Assembly (NCBI GenBank): GCA_951406725.2 | Contig: OX597815.1 | Span: 2,914,001-2,978,000 of the forward strand | DNA: 64,000 nt | From: Octopus vulgaris | Taxonomy: Eukaryota | Direction: 5' to 3' | Shown: positions 50,322 through 61,895 of the stretch, one piece after another | How positions within the stretch are numbered: the first letter of the stretch is position 1 | How the letters are laid out: each line of letters begins with the position of its first letter | The notes under the pieces: model-generated | The model's database searches: none | What the model saw: only the letters and a program-made list of their open reading frames with translations | What the model was told of the DNA's origin: nothing | Position numbers and translations under genes: made by a program

Positions 50322-50960
50322 ATCATCATCATCATTTAACATCCGTTTTCCATGCTAGCATGGGTTGGATGGTTCGACTGGGGTCTGGGAAGCCAGGAGG
50401 CTGCACCAGGCTCCAGTCTGATCTGGCAGTGTTTCTACAGCTGGATGCCCTTCCTAATGCCAACCACTCGGATGGTGCTTTTTACGTGCCACCGACAAGG
50501 AGGCCAGTCAGGGCGGCACTGGCAACAGCCATGTTCGGATGGTTCTTTTACGTGCCACCGGCACTGGTATCACAACTACAATTTCCATTGATTTTTTGAG
50601 CAATTTCAATTTCACTTGCCTCAACAGGTCTTCACAAGCTGAGTTTTGTGTCCCAGGAAGGAAAGATATATACAAGTGCGCTGGCTACATCCCAGGTAGA
50701 GGCCACAAGTTATGGTTTCACTTGTCCTGCTGGGTCTTCTCACGCACAGCATACTTTCAAAGGTCTCGGTCACTAGTCATTGCCTCGGTGAGACCTAATG
50801 TTTGAAGGTCATGCTTCACCACCTCGTCCCAGGTTTTCCTGGGTCTATCTCTTCCGCAGGTTCCCTCAACCGCTAGGGTGTGATACTTTTTCACACAACT
50901 ATCTTTATCCATTCTCGCCACATGACCATACCAGCGCAATTGTCTCTCTTGCACTCCACA
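50322..50960 (-). mobile_element. RTE LINE 3' end with tail
   Basis: VQERQLRWYGHVARMDKDSCVKK...GRDRPRKTW RTE C-terminus, continuous with the tail repeat. Confidence 0.85.
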
Positions 50961-52132
50961 TTCATCTTTATATTCTAAGTTCAAATTCTGTTGAGGTCAA
51001 CATTGCCTTTCATCTTTTTGGGGTTGATGGATTAAGTACCAGTGAAACACTGGGGGTGGGGGTCAGTGTAATCAACAAGTCCCCCTCCCCACCTCACAGT
51101 TTCAGACCCTGCACCTATAGTCGAAAGGGGTACTATTACTATTGTTATTAAGGTGGCAAGCTGGCAGAATCATTAGCACGCCGGGCAAAATGCATTTCAT
51201 CTGTCTTTATGTTCTGGGTTCAAACTCCACTCAAGTTGACTCTCCCTTTCGAGGTCTTTAAAAACAAGTACCAATTGAGCCCTGGGGTTAATTTACTCAG
51301 CTTACCCCATCATCATCATCATCATTATTTGATGTCCATTGTCAATGCTGGCATGGGTTGGATGGCTTGACCAGGGCTGGCAAGCTAGAAGGCTGCAGCA
51401 GGCTCCGATCTGATCTGGCAAGGTTTCTACGGCTGGATGCCCTTCCTAAAGCCAACCACTCCAAGAGTGTAATGAGTGCTTTTTATGTGCCACTGGCACA
51501 GGTGCCATTTGCATGATAAAAATATCTGCCACTTCTGTGATTTTGCTTGGCTTGATAGGATTTCTTCTCAAGCATGACATAATGCCAAAGGTCTTGGTCA
51601 TTTCCTCCATGAGGCCCCTCGGACACTTTGCCCCCGTCAGGCCTCTCCCCTGAAATTGATGGCCTTGTACCAAAATTTGAAACGAAAATAATTTCAGTCC
51701 CTCTAACAATTTGTCTTTAACCCTTTTGAGACTGACGCATCCGAGCCTGCCCCTTGGTTCTATGAAACAAACTCCGTTTTAAAGGGATCTAAAAACCTTA
51801 CAGAAAAATTTCAAATCATGTTTCAAACCACTAAACAAATTTTTCATCTTTTGCTTGTTCCAGTCATTAGACTACGGCCATGCTGGGGCACTGCCTTGGA
51901 CAATTTTGTTAGTCGAATGAATCGACCCCAGTACTTACTTTTGGTAAAGCCTGGTGCATATTGTATTGGTCACTTTTGCTGAACCACTAAGTTACAGGGA
52001 TGTAAACACACAAACACTGGTTGCTAAGTGATAGTGGTTGTGGGTGGGGGGAGACAAACAAACACAAAGACACACACATAAATATAGTTGTAATAATAAA
52101 GTGAAACACCAAATGGGGATCTTTTGAAATTA

Positions 52133-52203
52133 TTTAGTACATGTGTTTCAGGTTTGTGCAATAACAGGAAATGCATCCATTACGTAAACCTTCCTCAGTT
52201 TAA
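52133..52203 (-). ncRNA. Type I hammerhead ribozyme motif (intact core, weak stem I)
   Basis: Minus strand reads CTGAGGA-AGGTTT..AAACCT-GAAA-CACAT-GTA, with a palindromic ACATGT stem III. Confidence 0.6.
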
Positions 52204-52227
52204 ACATTACAAAATATTTTGAAATGT

Positions 52228-52284
52228 TTTAACTGAGGAAGGTTTACGCAATTTATTACACAAACCTGAAGCTTATGTATTAAA
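52228..52284 (+). ncRNA. Type I hammerhead ribozyme motif (one core mismatch)
   Basis: TTTAA-CTGAGGA-AGGTTT..AAACCT-GAAG-CTTAT-GTA-TTAAA: stem I and stem II intact, GAAA changed to GAAG. Confidence 0.55.
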
Positions 52285-52647
52285 TGACTTCCAAAGATCC
52301 TCATTTGGTGTTTGACTTCGTTATTACATCTAATACAACTCACTGCTAGTACAAACTAACCAGTCTTGGCTCCACTTATGCAGATACCCTAACGATGGTT
52401 TGGAGCAATTTGTCATATTTGACTGTCAAGTCAAAAATTCTCATACCCTGGACTGCTTCTAGCCATAACAGAAGACATGTATATGTGTGTGTATATGATT
52501 GGTGTCAAGTCAATAATTGAGTATCACTCTTCTTGACACCAGCAGTAACACAGGACACACACACATTGGCCCCTGGTTAAAAGTGCAGCAACACACAAAC
52601 CCACAGGTTATATGGAGCTGAACATTTACAATCTAAAATTACTAGAA

Positions 52648-53142
52648 CAGGGGTTTCCAACCCTTTTATTTAAATGAGTTTTCCCATAGACCCCTTTTAA
52701 TATGCTTATCCTTATGTATATATGTCATCATCATCATCCTTTAACGTCCGCTTTCCATGCTAGCATGGGTTGGACGATTTAACTTAGGACTGGCGAATCA
52801 GATGGCTGCACCAGGCCCCAATCTTGATCTGGCAGAGTTTCTACAGCTGGATGCCCTTCCTAATGCCAACCACTCCGAGAGTGTAGTTGGTGCTTTTACA
52901 TGCCACCAGCACAAGGGCCAGTCTAATTCTACTGGCAACGGCCACGCTCAAAATGGTGTTTTTTATGTGCCACCTGCACAGGAGTCAGTCCAGCGGCACT
53001 GGCAACGACCTTGCTCGAATGTTTTGTTCATGTGCCAGTAAGGCGATGCTATGTATATAAAATTTTGAATTTAGTTCACAGACCCCAGTTCTACCTTTGT
53101 GAGCCACCAGGGGGTCTGTGGACCCCATGTTGGGAAGCACTG
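52648..53142. mobile_element. hAT (Charlie-like) MITE with nested RTE-tail insertion (52726-53050)
   Basis: TIRs CAGGGGTTTCCAAC / GTTGGGAAGCACTG and 8-bp duplication TACTAGAA/TTCTAGAA. Confidence 0.7.
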
Positions 53143-54019
53143 TTCTAGAAGATGGTTTGAGATTGCTTGTTGTGTGATGGGAAATGTCTCTTTAGTCCAG
53201 CAAGAGATTTACAATTTTCGTTTTTTGTTTTTTTAACACTGATGAAATTGTGTGTGTTTGAGAGAAAGTGAACAAAATAGAAGATTATTGGGGCCAGACT
53301 GTTGAGGAAGTAAACAAATGCCTTGCGTTGAAACTGTTGTGATGTACCTGCAGACACAACTGATGTCTGTTATTCTGTTTAGATTTAAATCAATACCTTA
53401 CCTGTGATTAGAACCTGTGACAGCTACAACACCTCCTGAGCTCTGTCTTTCTTCTGGCTTTGAACCGGTTGCTTCCAGTTTAAGTAAATGGAATGTGTGA
53501 CAATCATCAGCTCAAATTGAACCTGTCTTGTTTGCTGTTGGTGTCCTGTTTCGTAACGCCAGCCCTGTACTAACAATTCCAGCGATGCAAATTCTGTTAC
53601 TGTATCCTCCCTCAAAGAGAATGGCAATTCTGTGATGCTGAATATTGAACAGGCCATTAATGATGCTTCCGGAAAAAAGAAAAAAAAAAAAAAAAAAGGA
53701 AAAGGAAAAAAAGAAAAGACCCAAAAAGACAAAAAAAAAAAAGCACAAGAATAACAAAAGACCCCCCCTCCTTCCCCCCTCAATGGAAATATAACCAAAA
53801 CAACAAAAGGCCAAAGTATAAAACCTCAGAGATGAGTGAATAGGAGGTGGTGGTGGTGGTGGTGGAGGGGTATCTGTGCTGGAGGTGGGGGGACGGGGGT
53901 GGCTGGGTAGAAATTGTTGCGGCCATGGACACTGCATGGTTCTCGTGTTACCGTTTTCTGTAAGTCTCCGCACTTACATCTTCCACGCTAAGTGGAATTC
54001 ACGACTCTCTTTCCATTGA

Positions 54020-54076
54020 GCTTCTTCTTCTTCTTCTTCTTCTTCTTCTTCTTCTTCTTCTTCTTCTTCTTCTTCT
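54020..54076. repeat. (CTT)n microsatellite
   Basis: Seen directly. Confidence 0.95.
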
Positions 54077-54483
54077 CCGATGTTGTTTTAGCATATTTCA
54101 GCAATGGAATAATAAAGTAAAAAGTAAAAAAATAAACCAAACAAGCAACAAACAACAAAAACCATAGGAACTCCTCACCCCCCACCCCACCCCACGACCC
54201 AAAAAAAAAACAAGAAAGAAAGAAAGAATGTAAACAAATGTAAACTGAAGAAATTCGAAAGAAAACTAAAAAAAAAAAAAAAAGCAACGGTGGTTATTGC
54301 AAATAAATTAGAGAAAAGAAACTGTATTGAGTGCAACGTGGGAGGGGGAGAGAGAGGATGGACGGCAGGGCAGTAACCTGATGGTGGTGGGGATGAGGGT
54401 GGAAGAGTAGTGCTGCCCCCCCACCCCCACCCCCACGACCTTCTTTGGATGCTGGTGATTTTTGTGATGGGATCATAACCGTA

Positions 54484-54802
54484 ATCATTCATCATCATCA
54501 TCATCATCATCATCGTCAAGATTGTTGCTCTCATCATTAGTAACAGTATTGTAGTCGTCAGCACCAGGATTGTTATCGTTGTCATCAGGAGTAGCATTAA
54601 AGGCATCATCATCACCACCACCACATCATCATCACTATCATCATCATCACCATTATCATCATCACTATCATCACATCACCACCACCACATCATCATCACT
54701 ATCATCATCATCATCATCTACATCATCATCATCATCTACATCATCATCATCATCTACATCATCATCATTATCATTATCATCATCATCTACATCATCATCA
54801 TT

Positions 54803-54833
<31 letters not shown>

Positions 54834-54980
54834 CTATCATCATTATCATCATCACTATCATCATCATCATCATCATCTACATCATCATCATCATCTACAT
54901 CATCATCATCATCATCTACATCATCATCATTATCATCATTATCATCATCATCTACATCATCATCATCATCATCATCACAT

Positions 54981-55017
<37 letters not shown>

Positions 55018-55810
55018 CTATCATCATCATCATCACTATCATCATCATCATCATCATCATCTCTACCACATCATCACCACCACCACATCTCACCAAGGGA
55101 GATGGATAAAGTCACCTACATTGCCCACCCCTCCCCTAATATTCAACTGGTTCTTATTTTGTAGACCCTGAACAGATGGAAGGCTCTGTCTACCTCAATG
55201 GAATTTGAACCCAGAACATTGAAAGTCAGACAAAGTCACCCTTTACATTCTGAGTTCAAATTCTAGCAGGGTTGACTTCGTCTTTCATTGTTTCAGGGTA
55301 CCAGTCACGTACTGGGGTTGATGTAATCAACTTACCCCACCTCCCACAAAACTGCTGGCCTTGTGCCGAAATTTGAAACCACCACATTATCATCATATCA
55401 TCATCATCATCACCATCATCATCACCATCATCATCACCACCACATCATCGTTACCACCATATTGTCATCATCATCATCATCACCACATCTTCATCACCAC
55501 CACCACTACCTCATCATCATCATCACCACCACCACCACATCTTCATCACCACCACCACCACCACATCTTCATCACCACCACCACTACCGCATCATCATCA
55601 TCACCACCACCACCACATCTTCATCACCACCACCACTACCTCATCATCATCATCACCACCACCACCACATCTTCATCACCACCACATCTTCATCACCACC
55701 ACCACTACCGCATCATCATCATCACCACCACCACCACATCTTCATCACCACCATCACCACCACCACATCTTCATCACCACCACCACTACCTCATCATCAT
55801 CATCACCAAA
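54484..55810. repeat. Large (CAT/CAC)n compound microsatellite blocks (54484-55095, 55380-55810) around two SINE A fragments
   Basis: Seen directly; the second block has higher-order periodicity (CATCTTCATCACCACCACCACTACC). Confidence 0.9.
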
Positions 55811-56022
55811 TTCTTACAAGTCCTTTTTGCAAAAACTCCCCCAAAAGATTTCAATTTTGAAATCTAAATTTTGGTAAAAGAAATAACAGTGAGTATAAGA
55901 CGTATGCGAAACGAAGACTTTTACCAAATATTGAAATATCGGTAATTCTGCATGGACGACTAAATGACCAAATGTTGTAATGGTGTTTCTAAAAACTGGA
56001 ATATGTTGGTTTGTTTTGGCAG

Positions 56023-56137
56023 GAACTGGATCTGAGAGTGAAATGGCCCAATGATCTCTATTATGGTAAAAAGACAAAACTGGGTGGCGTCATCGTTAAC
56101 AGTTCCATAGCAACACATTCCATTGATGCCATTATTG
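56023..56137 (+). CDS. HLCS: HLCS coding exon 9 (ELDLRVKWPNDLYYGKKTKLGGVIVNS...AIIG); gene continues beyond the window
   Basis: KWPND and K.GG.L BirA/BPL catalytic motifs; ttggcag acceptor, G|gtaaag donor. No GxGxN exon was found before 64000. Confidence 0.96.
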
Positions 56138-56266
56138 GTAAAGTAATTCTACATCTTTTTCTTTTCATCTGTTTTTGTCTTTTTTTACGTATTCCCTTTG
56201 CTTTTTTGTTGTTGTTCTTGTTTTTCAGGTGTTCAACTCTCGTTAGTAATTTTAATAATTTTCTCT

Positions 56267-56507
56267 TAAAGACTGTTTGCCAACATAACACGGAAGTCCT
56301 GGTTTAGGACAAATGTTGCTGTAATTTAACCCCGGAGACATCGTCTCCAGCTGGCTATACAACACGATCAGTGTCCTTATATATATATAAATTGGGAATC
56401 TAGCATCCCCACTCAGTTCAAAACAATATTTATGTCTGCTGGGGCTAAATTACAGTAACATTCGTCCTAAACCAGGACTGCCATGTTATGTTGACAAACA
56501 GTCTTTA
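56267..56507. mobile_element. MITE with ~75-bp terminal inverted repeats and TA ends
   Basis: TAAAGACTGTTTGCCAACATAACACGGAAGTCCTGGTTTAGGAC... is mirrored by ...GTCCTAAACCAGGACTGCCATGTTATGTTGACAAACAGTCTTTA. Confidence 0.85.
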
Positions 56508-58009
56508 CTCCAAAGTACTGTTGCTGAATATCTCATGTAATTTTCTAATAATTTTCTCCTCTTGTAATCTTTAAATCCATGTTTCTCAACTAGGGTCTAT
56601 ACGACCCCTGGGAAGGGGCCATATAAAGCTTTTGGGGTTCACACAAGCAAAATAGTAAATTGGAGTTCCACTGTAGTATTTTAAGGGCCCATCCAAAGTT
56701 TTGCTTTAGATGTTGGGCCTCATGGAGGCAAAGTGGCCGAGTTCCCCTTGAGTGTTGAACCTCACAGAGGCAAAGCAACTGAGTCTCTTTCAAGCGTTGG
56801 GCTTTATGGAGGCAAAGTGGCTGAGTTCCTTTCAAGCGTTGAGCCTCATGGAGGCAATGACCGAGACCTTTGGTATGTCATGCTTGAGAAGACGACCCAT
56901 CGAGCCAAGTGAACTGGTAGTCATGGCAGATACCAGTGTCACGCAAATGGCACCTCTTCCAGTGGCACATAAAAGCACCCATTACACTCTTGGAGTGGTT
57001 GGCGTTAAGAAGGGTATCTAACCATTAGAAACCATGCCAAATCAGACTGGAGTTTGGTGCCGCCTTCCAGCTTGTCAGCCATGGTCAAACCATCCAACCC
57101 ATGACAGCATGGACAACGGATGCTAAATGATGATGATGAGGATGATGTGTTTATAGCAAGAAACAGCTCAGTTTCTTTCTCGAATGTCTTACGTAGTTCA
57201 ACCTCCACAAGTTAATGTGTAAGAAGCATCTGTAAAACTATGTGGAGGTGCACGGTGGCTCAGTGGTTAGGGTGTTGGGCTCCTGATCATAAGATTGTGG
57301 TTTCTTCTTGTAGACCAGGCAACGTGTTGTGCTCTTGAGCAAAACACTTCGTCCCATCTTGTTCTGGGTTCTTGTCTTCTTTTTTTCACAACGAGAAGTT
57401 TTTACTACATTTTTGACTTTGATAAGAAATATGTGTTTTTTTTTACAAATACTCTCTTTTACTTGTTTCCGTCATTTGACTGCAGCCATGCTGGAGCACC
57501 ACCTTTAGTCGAGCAAATCAACCCCGGGACTTATTCTTTGTAAGCCCAGTACTTATTCTATCGGTCTCTTTTGCCAAACCGCTAAGTGACAAGGACGTAA
57601 ACACACCAGCATCAGTTGTCAAGCAATGCTAGGGGGACAAATACACACACACAAACACACACACATACACATATATATATATATACGACAGGCTTCTTTC
57701 AGTTTCCGTCTACCAAATCCACTCACAAGGCATTGGTCGGCCCGGGGCTATAGCAGAAGACACTTGGCCAAGATGCCATGCAGTGGGACTGAACCCGGAA
57801 CCATGTGGTTGGTTAGCAAGCTACTTACCACACAGCCACTACTTTACAAAAACTGTAACAGCAAAGCAAAATATCTTCTCTGAATGCATTAAAAACAGTA
57901 TAACATAATCTGAACACTGTTTCAGAAAATGAACTCCATTCCCTTTGTGCAGACAAATTCAGGTGGGGCAAAACGAGTAAACCAAGATAAGATAGATCTG
58001 CACCTTTAA

Positions 58010-58220
58010 CCCTTTCGTATTCAGATTGCTCTGTTAAAAGTAATTCTGTTTTCATTCGAATTGTTTTGAATTAATCATGCATTATCTTATAGCTTTGAGG
58101 TTTCAATGATGTGATTGTTTATTTTTAGAATGTCAATGTAGGTTAGGTGTGAGAGGCTGGATATGGCCAGTTTGAATATAAAACATGTAGAATATTTTGG
58201 CCGGTTTCAACACTAGAGGG
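58010..58220. mobile_element. piggyBac-type MITE, second subfamily
   Basis: TTAA|CCCTTT ... GAGGG|TTAA. Confidence 0.65.
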
Positions 58221-58428
58221 TTAATTCTTCAGATTTACATTTGAAAACAAACTCATGCACATCAAGATCCATTCTCAGACATCAGAAAGATCAGAACCGT
58301 AGCAAAAGCTTTCATGTTTATTTCTTCTGAAAGTCAAAAATCCTGTAAAAACTCCTCCTTGTGCTCCTCCCCATTCGCAAATCAAAGCATAAACAGGGTT
58401 TTTTTCCACCTAATTTTGTTTGCTCATA

Positions 58429-58830
58429 TCTTTATATATAAAGTGAGGTTGTGTGGTGTCTGTCTCCTACGATTTAGATTCCTAACTACTCCCACATTTT
58501 GTGGTGCAGTTTAACCAAAACCGGGTATCTTATAGTCATGATTCATATCGAGCCCTTCTGGGTATCAGCGCGCGTCTACGATGAGTCTACGATTTAAAAA
58601 AAAATTTACCATCATTTTTTTTCATTTTAATGCATTTTTTTTCGCTATTATATAAGGGAAGTAACTCTCTAAAAATGTCTACAATGAGTCAACGATTTTT
58701 AAAACAATTTACCATCATTTTTTTTCCATTTTTAATGCATTTTTTTGCTATTTTTTGGCTATAACTCTCTAAAAATGCTTATATAGTTATTTCCCTTACA
58801 AACCCGAGCAACGCCGGGCGATACTGCTAG
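58429..58830 (+). mobile_element. Non-autonomous Helitron, same family as 40450-40940
   Basis: A|TC start, near-identical body, hairpin and CTAG|T end. Confidence 0.85.
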
Positions 58831-59844
58831 TTCATTTATATTCTGGAAATTTTGATTTGGTTTCTTATAGAAGGAATTCTGGAAATGGTTGTAGATTTTA
58901 GTTATTGAAGTCTGTCAGTGTTTAAATATATGTATGTATATACTATAAGTGGAGGTGCAATGGTCTAGTGGTTAGGGCAGCGGACTTGCGGTCGGAGGAT
59001 CGCGGTTTCAATTCCCAGACCGGGCATTGTGCGTGTTTATTGAGCGAAAACACCTAAAAAAGCTCCACGAGGCTCTGGCAGGGGGTGGTGGCGACCCCTG
59101 TTGTACTCTTTCACCACAACTTTCTCTCACTTTCTTCTCCTGTTCTTGAGTAACGCTGCGATGGACTGGCGTCCCGTCCAGCTGGGGGGAACACATGCAC
59201 CACAGAAACCAGGAAACTGGGCCCATGGGCCTGGCTAGGCTTGAAAAGGGTGATGTTTATCGTTATATACTGTAAAACCATATATGCGTACAGTCTACTA
59301 TTTAAACTATGAAAAAGGAAAATATGGTGGGGAGGAATTAAGCAGTGGATGCTGGGGGAGATGGAGTAAAGGATTATACACCCCAGACCAAATGGTATGT
59401 TTGGCTGTGCTTCACAGACATGAATGCAAAGGTGATGCTGTAGAGAATGGCCAGCAGCACTTGCTGCAACAGCCACCCCCAATTCGTGTAGCTCATTTCT
59501 CACACAGGCACAGTTATCCCAAATTTAAAGAGTAAACCGGCAATGTGGGATCTGAGAACACCCGAGGCCTTGACAATGGCTAGCACAGCCTGATAGGGGC
59601 CAGCCAGGCTCCTGTAGTGTTTTACTCACAGTTTTTAACAGAACACATTCCAAATGGAATTTATTTTTGTGTGATCAAAGGAAGGTTAACAATTGCAGCG
59701 TGGAAGGTGTTTATAAGCCATCTTATTAGATTCACTTCAACATTTAAATTTAATTTGTCTAAATATTTTTGTCGCTTTGAGACCACGACCTGTTCACTGA
59801 CAAAACTTTGTGCTGCATCACTCGCTATGCAAGTACATCTCCGC

Positions 59845-60990
59845 AAAAAGGTTAACTGGGAAGAGTTTTTGTGTGTGGCAGATGCACAGGGGCAGCAAAC
59901 TCCGAAGATGTACAGAAAACAGATTCCATCACATTCCAGTTGATAGCTTCTGTTACCTAGGTGACCAAGTCAGTTGTTGGGGTGGATGCTCTGAGAGTGT
60001 AGCTGCTAGAATAAGAATAGCCTGGACAAAGTTCAGAGAGCTCCTACCTCTGCTGGTAACAAAGGGCCTCTCACTCAGAGTGAAAGATAGACTCTATGAC
60101 ACATTTGTATGAACAGCCATGCTATATGGCAGTGAAACATTGGCTGTGACTACTGAGGACATATGTAGGCTTGCAAGAAATGAAGCCAGTATGCTCTGCT
60201 GGAGATGTAATGTCAGTGTGCATACATGAGAGTGTAAGCTCCCTAAGAGAAAACTTGGACATAAGAAGCATCAGATGTGGTGTGCAAGAGAGATGACTGC
60301 GCTAGAATGGTCATGTTATGTATGGATGAGGACAGCTGTATGAAAAAGTGTCACACCCTAGCGGTTGAGGGAGCCTGTGGAAGAAGCAGACCCAGGAAGA
60401 CATGGGATGAGGTGGTAAAGCTCGACCTTCGAATGTTGGGCCTCACGAAGGCAATGACAAATGACTGAGACCTTTGGAGATATGCTGTGCTTGAGAAGAG
60501 GACCCATCAAGCCAAGTGAGATTGTAGCTATGGCCTTTGCCAGTGTCACAGAACTGGCCCGTTTAAAAGTACCTTGAATCGATGGGTGATATGCTGTGCT
60601 TGAGAAGACCTGTGGAGTCAAGTGAAATCGTAGTCGTAGCTGATGCCAGTGCCCCCTGACTGGCTCCTGTGCTGGTGGCACATAAAAAGCACCATTCGAG
60701 TGTAGCCAATGTCAGTGCCACCTGACTGGCAGCCATGCCAGCTGCAATTAAAAAGCACCATTCAAGCATGGTCGATGCCAGTGCTGCCTGACTGGGACCC
60801 GTGCCAGTGGCATATAAAAAGCACCCAGTACACTCTGTAAAGTGGTTGACATTAAGAAAGGAATCCAGCTGTAGAAACATTGCCAGATCAGATTGGAGCC
60901 TGGTGCTGCCTCCTGGCTCTCCGGACCTCAGTTGAACTGACCAACCCATGCCAGCATGGAAAGCGGATGTTAAACGATGCGGATGATGAG
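59845..60990 (+). mobile_element. RTE LINE 3' portion: RT C-terminus plus modular 3' UTR and (GAT)n tail
   Basis: VDSFCYLGDQVS..GGCSESVAARIRIAWTKFRELLPLL, MLYGSET, GRSRPRKTW, then the tail repeat. This links the tail family to the LINE. Confidence 0.9.
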
Positions 60991-61309
60991 AGAGAGAGAG
61001 AGAGAGAACCTTGATGTATGTTTGAGACAAGAGGTTGTTTGAGAATAGAGATCCTCATTATGGAGAGATTTTCTTGAGACAAACATCTCTAAAAAGGTTT
61101 TACTATAAATTTCTCTCTTCCATTCCTTCGCTCTCATTCTACTTACTCCCACTTTACCCCCCCCCCCCCCTTCTCACTCTCTCTCTCTCCTTATTTTCTG
61201 GAATTTATTTCACCATTTCCCAGCTTCCTTCTGTGTTGCTTCTAAGCTTTACTCATTTCACATTTGCTCTGCACCGAGATGAAGTTCTGGTTTTGCAAAA
61301 ATTCATTAC

Positions 61310-61895
61310 TCACCACCACCACCACCACCACCACCACCACCACCACCAGCATCATCACCATCGTACCATCATCAATATTATCATCACTGATAGCACTACA
61401 CCACCAACCGTGCCACCCTCCCCACCATCCAACCTCTCTCCACCATCCCCCCCCCTCTGCCCACCTCCCCCATTCATAAAAGACAATTTATTTAATTTAT
61501 TCTGGTTTTGTTATTCAAATTTAATGCTAAAGACTTTTTTTTTAAAACTTTTTTTTCTTTTCTTAAAAGTGAAAAAAAATGATTTATTTTAGCTTTTAGG
61601 TAAATAGATTGATTAAAATACAGACATCCGCTTCTGATGGCAACGGTGGTGGTGGTGGTGGTGGGGGGGGGTGTTGTGGGGGTCAGGTTGTTAATGTTGA
61701 TGATAGTAGTTGCAGTGGTAATGGTGGTGGTGGTAGTGTTGACGATGATGATGATGGCTACAGTGTTCTTAGTCTTATTGGTGGTGCTAAAGATGATGAT
61801 GGTGATGATGATATTGCTGGTAGTGGTGGGGGTGGGGTGTTGATGATGATGGCTGCACTTGGGTGATGATGTTGATGATGATGATGATGATGGTT
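61310..61895. repeat. (CAC)n and (GGT/GAT)n low-complexity blocks facing each other across an AT-rich spacer
   Basis: Seen directly. Confidence 0.8.

Larger units (their letters stand above)
52089..52328. repeat. 240-bp imperfect palindrome (inverted Penelope-type pLTR pair)
   Basis: The arms are reverse complements around AAAAT|ATTTT at 52215/52216, apart from scattered mismatches and one ~15-nt bulge. Confidence 0.9.

Noticed and set aside
53424-53973. Nested protein-coding gene (for example a Ripply-like neighbour) in intron 8
   Set aside because: No WRPW or FPVQATI motif and no recognisable domain; the exon-like block has stops in all frames. Kept only as a non-coding candidate.
53999-54094. 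Minus-strand 31-aa Arg-rich ORF (MLKQHRRR...SSMERES), protamine-like
   Set aside because: The Arg run is a pure (AGA)n microsatellite with no codon variation and none of the Tyr/Ser interspersion of real protamines.
54570-55867. Poly-Ser/Asp/His/Thr ORFs (also 17597-17864, 41017-41573, 61492-61944)
   Set aside because: Translations of tri- and dinucleotide microsatellites.
58950-59030. tRNA-like sequences (also 7770-7842, 15382, 16078, 57244)
   Set aside because: They are SINE heads followed by shared SINE bodies, with no complete cloverleaf acceptor stem.
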